A stretch of DNA of 64,000 nucleotides from assembly GCA_950097015.1 (NCBI GenBank), contig CATNEN010000007.1, forward strand, positions 1,054,001 through 1,118,000, written 5' to 3'. Positions within the stretch are counted from its first letter, which is position 1, and each line of letters begins with the position of its first letter. The position numbers and the translations under genes were made by a program. Under the pieces are notes generated by a model. It was given only the letters and a program-made list of their open reading frames with translations. It searched no databases and was not told where the DNA came from. The stretch comes from Macrostomum hystrix (Eukaryota > Animalia > Platyhelminthes). Positions 1 to 13,640 of this stretch are shown one piece after another.

Positions 1-339
1 TCCTACGCAGGAAATCTTTCATTTATCGAAAAAACTATTCTCAGTATGGCCTAAATTCTCCATAAGCTCGAAATCCGATATCATCGATCGTGCAACTTCC
101 TAATTAATAGATGGGCGCGGTCTGTAAATATCCCACAGTATTTCTGTCTCCCCACTCAACAGCAAGTCTGCGCAGTCACGCACGAGTGACCAATATCTCG
201 TGTCACAAATGAAAACAGACAAAAAATAATGATACAAAGACAGCTCAGCCAATCTTACTTGTACAATCTAATATTAAAGAACCTGAAGAAATTCTATTGT
301 CTGCTAAATATCGCAATACATGGGTCAAGAAAGACTACC

Positions 340-1070
340 GCCTACCACAACAGTCAGGAGAGTGGGTAGTGCCTACCACAACAGTCAGGAGAGTGGGTAG
401 TGCCTACCACAACAGTCAGGAGAGTGGGTAGTGCCTACCACAACAGTCAGGAGAGTGGGTAGTGCCTACCACAACAGTCAGGAGAGTGGGTAGTGCCTAC
501 CACAACAGTCAGGAGAGTGGGTAGTGCCTACCACAACAGTCAGGAGAGTGGGTAGTGCCTACCACAACAGTCAGGAGAGTGAGCAGTGCCTACCACAACA
601 GTCAGGAGAGTGGGTAGTGCCTGCCACAACAGTCAGGAGAGTGGGTAGTGCCTACCACAACAGTCAGGAGAGTGGGTAGTGCCTACCACAACAGTCAGGA
701 GAGTGAGCAGTGCCTACCACAACAGTCAGGAGAGTGGGTAGTGCCTACCACAACAGTCAGGAGAGTGGGTAGTGCCTACCACAACAGTCAGGAGAGTGAG
801 CAGTGCCTACCACAACAGTCAGGAGAGTGAGCAGTGCCTACCACAACAGTCAGGAGAGTGGGTAGTGCCTACCACAACAGTCAGGAGAGTGGGCAGTGCC
901 TACCACAACAGTCAGGAGAGTGAGCAGTGCCTACCACAACAGTCAGGAGAGTGGGTAGTGCCTACTACAACAGTCAGGAGAGTGAGCAGTGCCTACCACA
1001 ACAGTCAGGAGAGTGAGCAGTGCCTACCACAACAGTCAGGAGAGTGGGTAGTGCCTACCACAACAGTCAG
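340..1070. repeat. 31-bp minisatellite (gtgcctaccacaacagtcaggagagtgggta), ~23 copies, probably intronic to the ZIP13 gene
   Basis: Directly visible tandem array with few variants (gagcagt/gggtagt). ORFs 648-830 and 772-1074 are repeat read-throughs. Confidence 0.97.
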
Positions 1071-1226
1071 TTGACTGCCGAGAGAGAGTTAGGGCTTGCT
1101 AAATTATAATATACCTAGTGTTGCCTTAATAAAAATAGAATAAAACGAAAGTTCTATAACTAAGAAAAACTAATAAAGAGAATCATGTCGAGTCAACAGC
1201 AGTGGAAACCTTTATCATGCGCTTAC

Positions 1227-2506
1227 CTTGACACTGAGAGCATAGCTGGAGCCAACAGCCAAGCCATGAGTGAGATTGTCCACAAAGTTGGCAAACAGAT
1301 TCAGATAGCCTTCGACCTGAAAGTAAATAATTTTATTTATTTATTTACAGATAAGTTTAAAAATATAGTCAAGTAGGAATAGTGCAAATCAATCAGAGTC
1401 ACACCTGAACAGCTGATGCAGGCTCTTCTGCTTTGCCACTAGCATTTCCATTTCTCTTATTCTTCTTCTTGTCCAGCTCGATGGCCACAGTGGGCCTGCT
1501 GCCGCCAAGGTCGGCAAAGACTAGCAGCTTTTCAATAACCAGAAAGGACAGCACACCTATGATGGTCCACAGTCCTACCCAGTTGACTACAGAGCTGTGC
1601 CCGCCTCCTATATTTAATAAGTTTTGTGTAGAAATGCCAAGACTGTTGACATGTTTCTTAGATAGAAAATGGTTCAATGAAAACATAGGCACTAGAAGCT
1701 GACCTGATTGAGCATAGGCTTCAGGAAGGAGGTGAAGAAACACATCACCAAGCATTGAGCCAATACCAAAGCTTAGGAGTCGATGCAACTTTCTGCTGCC
1801 AGCTAAAAAACCATTTTAGTTTTTAGATTGTATTAGTTAATATTTTTTTAGCTATTTGATTTTCATTTGCTTCTGCTCATATAAAACTGTGAAATTGTGA
1901 ACTACTGTCTTTTTAAATGAGTTATATTCAATATCACCATACCTATCTACATATATCCAATTAAAAAAACAATGCTCTTTATAGGGTTTTCCAGTTTAGT
2001 AGCAAACTAAATTAGCTATTTACTAAGATCCTCACAATTATATAATTAAAAATGCCTTAAATAAACACTAGAGCTCTAATCATTAAATAATAAATGAACA
2101 CTATCTGATCTCAGTGAAAATTCCAACCCTAAAGCATTTTGAACATTTGAGATAACTACTATGCAAGCTTTAGAGAATAGGACCAATGTCTTATGGGTTA
2201 ATGGTCAGCAACTCTATATTTAAGAGCTCTACGTAGCACTAAAAGAAGAGAACAACATTGCAACTAGCAGTAGCATGTAGTAGATAAGTAAAAGTTTGGT
2301 CTAAATAATTGACAACACAAAACATGATAATTTACAACTTACCCTTTGACTGTAGATGCTCAGTCAACTCAGTTGGAATAATTAACAATGGGAATATTCC
2401 ACATAGACCAACAATCAAAGATGAAAGAACAGGGAGAAGAAAAACTGATACCTGCGACGAGAGCAGGGAAGACAACATTTCATTAACTGATCTGCTGTAA
2501 TAAGTT
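1227..2506 (-). CDS. SLC39A13: LIV-1 family ZIP zinc transporter, ZIP13-like; partial (3' exons not found, probably upstream of base 1)
   Basis: Exons 2506-2343, 1802-1704, 1607-1405 and 1316-1227, with GT-AG introns and matching phases. Spliced product: ..SSLIVGLCGIFPLLIIPTELTEHLQSKAGSRKLHRLLSFGIGSMLGDVFLHLLPEAYAQSGGGHSSVVNWVGLWTIIGVLSFLVIEK..SAVQVEGYLNLFANFVDNLTHGLAVGSSYALSVK. This matches the ZIP13 motifs as recalled (GLSGVFPLLVIP, LLSFALGGLLGNVFLHLLPEA, GYLNLLANTIDNFTHGLAV). The true start exon is unresolved. Confidence 0.9.
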
Positions 2507-4885
2507 CTAAAAATTGACTTGCTAAGATAAAAATATTCAGCACTAGATTATTCTGTCAAATTTTCGCAATGGCATGTGTTGAATTTTAACACAGCAAGCG
2601 TAGCCATAACACAAACTACCTTATATTGTTGCTTGGTATTGTTAGTGACTAGGTTTAATGACAATATGACTTACTACTTAAAGAATAAAACCTTTGAGGT
2701 TAGTTTTTAATCGATAATTTTTTTAAGTATCCTGCATTGACCTAACACTTAGCTTCTTAGTCAAAGAAACATCAATAAAGAGGAAATAGACTTGCTCGCG
2801 ATTAGCCGGCCGTCAGCAGAATTCAAATTCGGTATTTCTAAATTACACGAACTGTTTACGGTAAAACTAACTATTGAAATCACTATTAAGACGAATAAAA
2901 TAAGCTAAAACGCCATAGACTTCTATGTTTAGACGTTTTCAACATAGCATCTTCCTGTCGAAACCTAGCCATTTCTACCGTTTCCGCCTTCTGAAGAAGC
3001 AAAAATATACTTCAGATATATTTAGACCTGCATTCTCGTGATCGGCGTGACAAGTACAAAGTCATCGGCGTGCGTGTTCCTTGTCTATGTTGAACTAGAG
3101 AATTGATAAATTTATCATCATATAAGTTTTAAGCGGTATCTGCATCATAAGTAATATTGCGCTTTTGCGTTACACAAGTCGTTAATTTGCAATCTTCCTG
3201 TGATAATGTTTATTTAAGAACTATAAATAAATAAATAAATTAATTAATTAAATGCATGCTATCCGATGCTCCATTTTTAATTAGAAAAGAGAGTGAAACC
3301 CTACCTTTTTATTTCCTAAATTCCTTTAAAAAAAGAGCTTTAATTTCTTAAAAAATTGGCCTCCCGACACTTTTTCCACTAGATGAGCAAAATAAAGTAC
3401 AAATTCATTTAGGATTATTTATAATTGTACACTTCACATATCATATATATTCTTGTAAAGTCAAAATGTACTGCGCCATAACAAAGGTTTATTTTCGAAA
3501 TTATTTTACTTACGACACATACCAATGTCAAATACTGCTCTGCGCATCGAAAACATTAGAGCACTGACATGTTAAAGTTACATATTATATAGATCTTAGA
3601 ATAATTACTTCGATCGTATCGTCGGACATTATAATTAACGGATGCAGAGCCTATAGCGAGAAACGAAAAGAAGCTATATATACTAATAAACATTTGCTTC
3701 AGCAAATTACAGTCTTAAACATACAGCTATGGACTGACATTTTTACAGGGTGAATTAGACTTAAAACAGGAATCGGAATGTTATATATAATGGTCTGTTT
3801 ATAAAACCGCATAAAACAGCTGGGAATAGTATTATGAACAAAAGAAGTTCCATAAAATGAGATTTTTAATTAGTCAGCTTGTGCTGTCGTAATTATCAAG
3901 GAGTTGAAAATCACAATAAAACAAGAGAATTAAGCTGAAGATTCTTCAAAATACTGTACAGTGCACAAACAGTTACAGACTTTTGTCCGGTAATGATTAA
4001 AACCGATTTTAAAAAATTCATAAATGGATTTCAAATTTGATTTGTAATAAAGTTTCTGTAACAAAAGACTGAGCTGAAAATAAACTAGCGATACATTAGA
4101 AGAGAGATTATAAAAAACTTCATAAAGCAAAAAAGCTTGCTGGAATGTTCACCACTTGCACTGGCTGTGCTTTAGTAGCACGAAATCACAGCCCTGCATA
4201 CTCACGGCCCAGCCACGCCATAATTCCGACAGTATTTTTCCGACAGAAGCTATATAATAAAATGATTTCCAAAAACACTATGACATCAAGAAAAATAAGA
4301 CGAAGTAAGTATTTAAATAAGCAAATAAAAACTTATGAAGTATTTATGAGCTTAGTGTGAGTATTTACGTGCAGATTTACGACTAAAAAAATTTGCCAAC
4401 TGAAACACAGAAGGCGTACCAATTCAAAATCAAATTTTACTTCAAAGATTTAACAGTTTTTTTACTTTTTTACTAATCAGCTGTCCTGTAGCTACCTTAG
4501 TGCATTTTCAACGAGGCAGTGTGTAAATAAGCATCATTTATAGTTTCTTCAATCGATAAATTTAAACGTTCACCCATATGCATCTACTACTACGAGGCAT
4601 GAATATGATGCACACATTAATTTATATGAAACCTACACAACTTTGCAGCGTCTTTCATTTGAAATTTGCGCCAAAAGTACTACTTGTTTTACTATGCAAA
4701 AGTATTTGTAGTTTATATGGTTCATTAAAAAATCTCTGCTTTCAATTAATTAGCGCAAATTTTAAATGAAAAAAATGCTGCAGAAGAAACAGCCACCACA
4801 ACTATGGCTATATGTACCTTTGATGACTGTTCCTGATTAGCTATTACAAAATAACAGCTATTGAATGAGTCAAACTCCAGCAGGA

Positions 4886-5590
4886 TTAGATGTCGGATGA
4901 CTGGCCCAGTTTTGGCTTCGTCGTCACAGGCGGCGGCAGCGGGTGGCGCTGGTGTTGGTAGGTTTCCTGATAAGCTGGAGGCGCCATGCCCTGGGCTGCA
5001 CGGTTCAGCGAAGACTGAGAGTGAGCCGGTCTGACACCCACAGCCAGCTGGTCATTGCTGCCAGCCCGGTACATGGCGGCTGCGGCGGCTACGGACGAGA
5101 ACTGCTGCACCCCCTGCGGATTGTAGCTGGCGCCACGCTGCTGGAACTGCGGCTGACTGGCCTGCGGCTGGTTCTGGTACTGCGACAAGTACTGCAGCTG
5201 CGCCTGCGACATGTGCTGAGGCGCGGCCTGGGCGCCGCCGTCGTAGGTGCTCGGCGGAGCCGATGAAAAGATCTGCGTGTTTCGCATGACCTGGCCGGCA
5301 GCACTGGGCGGCGGCAAGTAGCCGAAGCCTTGGTCCAATTCGTCCTTGCGTTTCAGGCCCTTGCATAAAATCTTAATCTGCATGGCTAGGGGATAGGCGC
5401 CGATGCCGAGGCCCACTAGGACGAATATCACCCCAAACACCATGAACAAGTCGTAGTTGGACCCATCGAAGCCGTAGGTTCGGCCGAACACAAGAATCAG
5501 GAAGCCGAGCAGGAAGATAACTCCGCCAACGCCAAGAAGTGTGTACAGCTTGCGGTACTTGGCCACTTCGTCCTGTTCCAGGTAGCCCAT
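4886..5590 (-). CDS. Intronless 234-aa membrane protein: N-terminal two-helix hairpin and Q/A/P-rich cytoplasmic tail with a PPxY motif
   Basis: ATG-to-stop GC-rich ORF in AT-rich surroundings. Two hydrophobic segments (LYTLLGVGGVIFLLGFLILVFG; LFMVFGVIFVLVGLGIGAYPLAM) and a PPAY motif. Family not recognised. Confidence 0.8.
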   Translation of the reverse strand: MGYLEQDEVAKYRKLYTLLGVGGVIFLLGFLILVFGRTYGFDGSNYDLFMVFGVIFVLVGLGIGAYPLAMQIKILCKGLKRKDELDQGFGYLPPPSAAGQVMRNTQIFSSAPPSTYDGGAQAAPQHMSQAQLQYLSQYQNQPQASQPQFQQRGASYNPQGVQQFSSVAAAAAMYRAGSNDQLAVGVRPAHSQSSLNRAAQGMAPPAYQETYQHQRHPLPPPVTTKPKLGQSSDI

Positions 5591-8190
5591 GATCGTTTGA
5601 TGAAAGCTTTTTCTTGTAAGAATTATTCGGAAATGAAATTTAATTGTGGAATGCTGGCAAAGCTATGCTATAGTGAATTTGCACCAGCGTAAATAGCAAG
5701 GGCAGATGGGGTTGGCCTGTGGGCTTCCTTCTTTGCTGCCTTCTCTCTGCACACACATTGAACTGCGCTGAGTCAACCCGATCTACTCTTTCTAGACTCA
5801 GCCCGCCTGCCACCCCACTGTAGCCATTCGCAGCACATGGAGCACGGTGTACATTTGATTCTCTTTCCCTTGCCGTCTTCCTTCCCTTTTTAGAGACGAA
5901 AAGCCTTTTACGGGCAAGCTCTTTTTAACTGTACAGTGCTTCAGGAGTTACTGTACAGTTAATTCTTGTTTGCAGCCAGCTACAATGACACGGTCAAAAT
6001 TGTGTTCAATTAAAATGCAAAATTAACAAGCATCGCAGTCTGGTTTTTTATCGACGGAGCAATTAATACAGTCTATAGATTTCAGCAAAAAGCTGGTCCA
6101 TTTTGCCATCTGGCGCTGTCACCAGAAGATATAGAATAGTACTAATATAATACAGAATAATAATTTAATAAGATAAAGATCGAGGGAAGTTTATGCGAGC
6201 ATCAAGCAATAGCCGATAATGAAATCAAAGGAATTTCCAACTGGGACTGGAAATCAACGCATATAGCCGAAAATACACCGTGCCGACAGAACACAATTTT
6301 TTTATAAAATTCAATATAGTATTTTAACAAATACTAATTTAAATAAACAAATACTAAATACTAATACTAATACGTGGAATTAGTTTAATTTAATTAATGG
6401 AATTACCAATAACTAAATCAGGGACTTTTAGAGAATAACTTATGTGTATCATGGACACTGGTTATATGAGCATTACAGACGGATCAAGCCCTAATTTTTT
6501 AATTCCTTCTGATCTCTTTGTACCCCTTCTTGTTGCTCCGTGGCGATCATTTTTGGCACCCTAGCTGGATTTCGCCCGATACGTATCTACTATACATTGA
6601 CTCCAAATATAAAAGAAAATTCAGTGTGTTTATATTTAATTTTCTTTATTTTTGCAGGTGCTGACTAATCAAGCAACTTGTACGAGCAAAGTTAGGCTCA
6701 CGTACAACATTTTTTGTTTGCCGGTGTTGCGGAAGTGCCTTCTCGTTTTTAACTCAACAAAAATACTAATTTTTTATTTTGAAAAACATCAGGAAGTTTT
6801 AAAAAAATTAGGTCGGATCAGCTTTAAAAACAAAAAATCTGTTTAGATTGCGCGAAGAAGGTATTTAGCTTGTGTTGACTTTAAATCCCTTAGCGAACAT
6901 AAAGTTTCTAAGAACAAACTAAGATAACGCGGCATGGTCAGTGTCATGTATACACTTTAGAGTTCACTAGTGGCTTACTAGGCTACGTTTAGTTTTAGCT
7001 ACACTATTTTGGTATTAGAAGTTTTAAAAAGTTTAAGCACTCGTTAAAAACTGAGTTAAAAAGAATAAACGTTTCATTTGTTTCTTCAAATAAAAAGACC
7101 TTCGCACTGCACCTTCGATTTTTATGTCTTGCTTCTACTTGCTTATTTGATTATGTCTATTTGAGGAATAACAAACTGCATGCTAGCTTTTCCATCGATT
7201 TCTTGGTATTTTTACGAAAAAAATATGTTTAACTGTAAGCCCTATGTATAGAAATGGCTAAAGCAAATTTTGAAATTAAATATATTTCTTTGTCTCTCTT
7301 TCTGTGTACATTTTTGAAGGTCAATAGGTACAAAACAAATGCTTTTATGGCTTCCATTTTTTATCAGTACTAAAATTTGTTATATTGCAGTAAGTTCTAG
7401 AAATATTTTTTTGAATACAGAGAACTATTAAGGAAAATAAATACTGTTAAGCAAAGTGTAATGAATAAAAAGCTATATAATAGCTATATACCTAAGATTT
7501 TTCTGTCCCTAGGCAATGTAGTAGAATTAAAATATATTTCTACAAATTTCACTAATCCATGAAGAGTCAGGTATTTTTTTATTATTTTGCAATTAAGGCT
7601 GTGACCCTCTGATTGACATGCCCAGAAATCGAATGAAATGGAAATGCCCAGTGAAGACTAGCTACTAGTTGAAATCTAGTAAGCCCTTTAAGTGAAGACC
7701 ACTTATGCCAAGTAAAAAATAATAAAACTTAAAATGAATAAAATACTGTTTACATTGCTTTCTTGCCTACTCTATGACAAGGTCCTCCTCTCACCTTCTA
7801 GCCTATTTCTTTCTATTTCTATAACACTAACCCTAACCAATCATTTTATCACATTGCCAACCCTTTCTATCCAGTCACAATTGACATAGTAAAAATACAT
7901 AGTCAAGTTCCTTGTGCCCTATCACAGTTGGTTGCTATTCTTCTCTCACTATTATTACTTATTGAAGGCCAAGTAATTGTAATTAGTTTTTTTATTTCTT
8001 ATAAAATAGTATTCTGTAAGAATCTTAATGTCATGCTTTATAGTTCTAATGCCCTCTTATTATAAGAATGAGTTCTTTTAGATCCATTAAGTAGAAATTG
8101 AATACTAAATGTTTGTCTGACATTTTGAATTGCTGCTGAAAAAAGTCTAGGCGGCTATCTTAGTTTTGCCAATGCATTTGAGGCCTACTG

Positions 8191-8325
8191 TGTTCTAGCC
8201 TAATAGTTAGAGCATCAGACTTGTGACTTTAGGCATGGGTTTAATTCCCAACTCCACTTGTTAAGTACCAGCATTAGTTGGGGTAATTAAGGGTGGTCGT
8301 GGCGCCTCCCTCTGTCCATGGAAAT
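8191..8325 (+). mobile_element. Degenerate, internally deleted copy of tRNA-derived SINE family A
   Basis: Decayed A box (tagcctaatag) and B box (ggtttaattcc), followed directly by the family tail (gtaccagcattagttggggtaattaagggtgg..gtccatgga) seen in the copy at 60273. Confidence 0.6.
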
Positions 8326-8379
8326 TACTTCCCATAATACTCCCATTGTATTGCTTTAACGAGTAGATATATTCAGTCT

Positions 8380-8608
8380 ACGCAGCCTACACCTACATCT
8401 GCAGGCTGCATGTGGCGGTTCAGTCCATGGACTGGGGGGGACGCCACACCCACCTTCAATTATCCCAGCTGATGCTGGTACCCATTTAACAGCTGGGTGA
8501 ACTGAAGCAATGCAGAGCTAAGTTCCTTGCTAAAGGACACAAATTGTTCCAGTGGAGTCGGGAATCGAACCCCCGACCTAGACGCTCTAATCACTAGGCT
8601 ACAACACC
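8380..8608 (-). mobile_element. tRNA-derived SINE family A, near full length
   Basis: Reverse complement aligns by eye with 60273-60530: A box tagcctagtg, B box ggttcgattcc, body ttgtgtcctttagcaaggaacttagctctg..cacccagctgttaaatgggtacc. Confidence 0.85.
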
Positions 8609-10632
8609 CTTTGACAGTGTAACTGTAACTATTGCCAAAAATTACAAGTAACTATTATCTTTCCAGTAGAATGCATTTGGTGCACACAAGCACTCTTCAT
8701 GAATGTTGTTATTTTGACTTGTATGAAAAATATTTTGGACAGCTAAACTGATTTATTAATAATGTTTTTTCACTTCACTTATTCTATTTATCATTTGGAA
8801 ATGATCAGTCTGGCAGTGCATTGCGTTTATCACTGACAGATTCTTTCAGTTCATACTGATATTTTTTCAGTTACCATGGCTACCAAATAGTGGTGCACAT
8901 TGTTGCACAATACGAAAATCTAATAGAGAGGTCTTGTGCGGAAACTTTGTTTACAATCTATTTATAGATCCTTTTAATGTGGCCCACAATGGGCTAGGGC
9001 CCTATAGTAGGGCATGGATTCATTTCAATTTCCTCAATCAGTCATTGTGCAATTGCTCAGGACTGTTTACACTGTCAAAGTTTTTATTATATTGACTTGG
9101 CAGTTTTTTTGCATCCTAACTGAGGATGATCGACAGGTTAACTTATTAATGACAGCTAGGTCTTACTTTTGTTTTTGAGGCAGTGAATAAATTAGGACGT
9201 TTTTTATTTTAAATTCCCGCCACTTTTCCTCACGCGCTAGCTAAATATCGTTATTTCACGCAGTGCTCTTTGTCCGTAATATTGCTCTCAAGTGGAAACA
9301 TGCACCCACCCCAATTTCTTTGTATATATAGAGAAAAATATAAATGCGATATTTACCTTCCTCAACCTGCTCAACCTGCTCCCTCGCTCCCCAGTCATAC
9401 CAATAACACTGGTTAAACCTACTATACATTCTCGACGAAATATAAGCCATTAAACTTCCTAAACTCTTTCCCTATTTCGCTATTAAATAGACCGATTTTC
9501 TTAGTTATTTTCCTAATAAGAGGAAAACAGTTAAAATACATTTATCTTCCCAATCCTCGCCCAAAGATCTCTCGTCGGCCTTCCTTACCAAAAACCATCC
9601 TATTATATGATCCCTTTGAAATCCCAATATACCGTCCTAAAATCCCGTCCAAAAGTCCACCTGAAGTCTATCTGAAGTCCACATAAAAGTTCCCTAAATA
9701 CCCCCCTGAAGTCCCTAAACTCCGCCTTTATCCATCATGAGACTGTACTAATCCCGGACCCTATAGAGGAAAGTAAGTGAGAGCGCAAAGGACGTTCACC
9801 AGGCAACTTCAATCCATCCTGATACGCCCCACGGACTGTGTGCCCCAGATCAGTGACCTTAGCCCTCGTGCCAGCAGCAGTAAATTCCGCTCCCATTGTT
9901 AGTAGCTAGTGTCTTGCCGCTCGGGCATTAGCGCTACCTTAGGTATAACCCGAACAGCGTGGAAAATACCTATTCTCACCCTCAACTTACGCTACCACCC
10001 CCCCAAATACTCAGCTCACCAATCCCAAATCCAACAAATAGAGAGAGAGCTGAGAGGTCTGCTACATTTTTCTTTGTTTCAATTTAATTTTCCTTCTCCT
10101 TCTAATCCTCATCAGTCGCCGCACCAGTCGGTCATTTTGTTGCTCATCCTCATATTTAACCATGCATGACAAGACTCAGTGCGAGACTGAACCCAATCGC
10201 TTCATCTGAGTTCAACTCACGCCTTCTGCAATCCAATTTTGTCGGCCAATGAGCACATACTCACTGTTCTCCCCTCTCCTCCACAATCAATTGTGCTCCT
10301 AGAGGCGGGCCGGTGTTCAACTTTGAGTCTAGACTCCGAGCTCAGTGTAAGCTAGGGAGAGAGAAAAACGAAGCCGCTAGGTGAAATATAGACTTGCCTG
10401 CAGTGAAACATATTTGTTCAGCTGATTTCGTATACTGCCTCTCCTGTCTCCATTCTTTTTTTTATAAAAATTCTAATTTTTCTTTAGAGCAAACCAAGCT
10501 GCTTGAATTAACAAAACAAAGCGATATCAATTTGATTTCAGATCTGCCTCCCGATTGGCATTGTGAAGAGTGAAACTAGAAAGCAGACGAATTCTATTAA
10601 CTGGTTAGCTAATCGGCTCCCTTCCAAGCCGA

Positions 10633-12365
10633 ATGTCCATCCATGATTGCCAAACTCTGCTGGCTCTCAAGATGCGGGTGAGTTTTTTGGAACTGAAGTC
10701 TCTACAACTACACTTACAAAGGTAGAAATCAGAGTCAGATAATCATTAAAAGAGAAGATAGAGTATATGCATTCTATAATGCAGTTTCGCATTCTGCAGT
10801 ATCAACAATTTGCAAGCCTCGGTAATTCAATATTTGATTAGCTAGATCTACTTAGCCAGACCCCACTGTAGAGATTTAGTCAAGTACATGGCGGGTACAT
10901 AGCAACTCAAAGCTGTAGATTGCGCGATTCAGTAAATTTTCTAAAGTTATTGATAAAAAACATTATTTTTTATATAGCTAGCGTTATTCTGGGTACAGCA
11001 CTGAATTGAAGCTATATTGTGCCATAGTACATACAGCGAAGCTAGTTGTCTGGCACAGTCTAAAAATAGATATGGGGTATGGGATTGTCTGGAATGGGAT
11101 CTCATGAGATGGGATTTGCTAGATTGGGATCTCATGAGATGGGATTTGCTAGAATGGGATCTCATGATATGGGATTTGCTAGAATGGGATCTCATGATAT
11201 GGGATTTGCTAGAATGGGATCTCGTGAGATGGGATTTGCTAAAATGGAATTTCATGAGATGGGATTCACTAGAATGGAATCTCATGAGATGGGATTTGCT
11301 AGAATGGGATCTCATGAGATGGGATTTGCTAGTATGGAATCTCATGAGATGGGATTTGCTAGAATGGGATCTCATGAGATGGGATTTGCTAGAATGGGAT
11401 CTCGTGCGATGGGATTTGCTAAAATGGAATCTCATGAGATGGGATTTGCTAGAATGGGATCTCATGAGATGGGATTTGCTAGAATGGGATCTCGTGCGAT
11501 GGGATTTGCTAGAATGGGATGTCGTGAGATGGGATTTGCTAGAATAGGATCTCGTGAGATGGGATTTGCTAAAATGGAATCTCGTGAGATGGGATTTGCT
11601 AGAATGGGATCTCGTGAGATGGGATTTGCTAGAATGGGATCTCATGAGATGGGATTTGCTAGAATGGGATCTCGTGAGATGGGATTCACTAGAATGGGAA
11701 CTCATCAAATGGGATTTACTGGAATGAGATAGAATTTAATAGAATGGGATTCCTAGATGTACTAGAATCGGATATTATGCGATATTATTTAGAAGATTGT
11801 TTTGATCACATTTAGTCTCAAAAAACGTCTTCAGGATTAAGAAAACAGTTTTTTTAGAAAATTAGTCCAGTTGATACTCGTGAGTAGGCAAAAAATTAAT
11901 CTAGCTGATGCAAGCAAGTTACTGCGTGGTTATGGTTACCTGCCTTAGCAACCTGATATGGCTAATGGATCATTGCTTTTGACTTAGTATTGGATTATTT
12001 GTGATATTCGGCGGAACAATGGCCCCACTCAATCATTAGATTGCCTGTTTTGTGCCTGAGTTTTTAATGCCATACATGTATGCCAGCCTTTAATAACCTA
12101 CGTGTTTACTAAAGCAAATGATGAGCATGTTTCGCTCATTGATTGTAGGCTAAAGTACACAAATATGCTTTGTCTATGCGTCATGATTTTCACTACTATT
12201 TTAATCTAATCTCACTCTTCCACTATTATTTATCTAATCTCGCTCTCCCTTATCAAATCTCCCCTATCTATGAGATCTCATTCTTTCATATCTAATCTCA
12301 CTTAACGCCATCCCACAGGGCAGCATTCGGTGGTCCCCATTGCAGTCATCCACAATGCCGCAGCC

Positions 12366-12397
<32 letters not shown>

Positions 12398-13532
12398 GAC
12401 AGACAGCTGATCGGCCTTCGGGTCGCTGGAAGCAAGCCTGCTGCCTGCACTCCGGCTGGCTGTACGTCCACGGCGGCCGCTGCGGTCGGCAGCCGCTGAA
12501 GGACCTGTGGCGCTGGCGCGAGTCGGCCGGCTGGCGCCGCGTGCAGCTAAGCGGCTCGGCGCCGCCGCCACTGGAAGGCCACACCATGGTGGCAAGCCGC
12601 GGCCAGCTGTACATCTTCGGCGGTACCTACGGCGGCTATCCCGACTGCCCGCTGTGGATCATCAGCCCGAGATTCGGGCTGAGCCGGCAGTGGGAGGCGA
12701 GCAGCCGGGATCTGGTCCAGATCGGCAGCCGGCGCTGCCACTCGGCCGTCCTGCACCGCGGCGCCATGTGCGTCTTCGGCGGCATCGCCGACGCCCGCGG
12801 CGACTGCAACGAGCTTTGGCTGCTGGACCTGGCCACGGAGAGCTGGCACCTGGCCTGGTCGCCTGTGACTCACAGGGGCGCCGGCCCCACTGGCCGCTAC
12901 GGTCACACCGCCTGCGCCCACGACGGCGCAATGTACGTCTACGGCGGCTTCTCGGGCCTGACGCATTGTCCCAGCGAGCTCTGGCGCTGGTCTTTCCGCA
13001 TCGGCCAGTGGAGCCGCCTGCGCTGCAGCTCATCGGGCGGTGGCCGCGCCGCCTGTCCACCGCCGTTGGCCTTCCACGCTGCCGCCGTCATCCCCGGAGG
13101 CCGGATGCTGATTTTCGGTGGCGAACAACGCGACGGCTCATCGCCGGCCTCGCTGTGGAGCTACCAGTTCGCCGCTGGCTGCTGGTCCGCCGTGGCCTCG
13201 TCCGGTCCTTTGAAGCCGTCTGGCACGGTGCACCACTCCCTGCTGACTGTCAGCGGCGTTGGCGACGCGCTGGAGGACGTTGAAGACTCGAGAGAGCGCC
13301 TGCGAAAGCGTCGTCGGCATCAGCGTCGACTGGAGCGTCGGCGGCAGCGTCGTCGATTGCGGCTCCAAGTGCTCGGCAGCCAGTCGGGCAGTACGACAAC
13401 CACCGAGCTGCTGCTGCCAGCGACGACATCCCCGGAGCGTCGGGCGGTTGACTCATCGCATACTCAGCTGCCTAGTCAGCAGCAGCAGCAGCAACTGCAA
13501 CAACCGCAGTCTAGGGCAACAACTGCCATGAG
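10633..13532 (+). CDS. Kelch-repeat beta-propeller protein (LZTR1/Tea1-like invertebrate kelch family), N-terminal part
   Basis: Main exon 12319-13532, with acceptor cccacag and upstream branch-like cttaac. It encodes six kelch blades with GG dipeptides (LYVHGG, LYIFGG, MCVFGG, MYVYGG, MLIFGG) and a poly-Q run, and ends at donor AG|gtaagt (13533). Probable upstream exon 10633(or 10672)-10677 ends ATG CGG|gtgagt and splices in phase 0. The upstream exon is less certain than the main exon. Confidence 0.85.
11078..11750. repeat. 30-bp minisatellite (atgggatctcatgagatgggatttgctaga, two related 15-mers), ~22 copies, in kelch intron 1
   Basis: Visible tandem array. ORFs 10947-11708, 11017-11547 and 11079-11732 are read-throughs. 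Confidence 0.96.
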
Positions 13533-13640
13533 GTAAGTGCCAGTTGATTACAGTCTTTAGGGAGATCACTCGCTGGCCTTTTTATACGACAGTTCTGATT
13601 ACTCCCTACTCAAATGTTCCGATCATATCAGGCTTCTAAA

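Noticed and set aside
2580-2760. Candidate further upstream ZIP13 exons
   Set aside because: One short phase-compatible segment exists (~2620-2648), but no start codon could be linked to it with confidence.
9250-10200. Possible decayed transposase or retroelement (a VYWDFKGII string resembles mariner WD.KG)
   Set aside because: It is surrounded by stops, with no second motif or TIR that I could confirm. BLASTX is needed.
12264-13531. Multiple overlapping alternative-frame and antisense ORFs over the kelch exon; the same applies to 4943-5366, 25308-25790 and 31068-32578
   Set aside because: These are shadows of GC-rich coding sequence with no recognisable domains.
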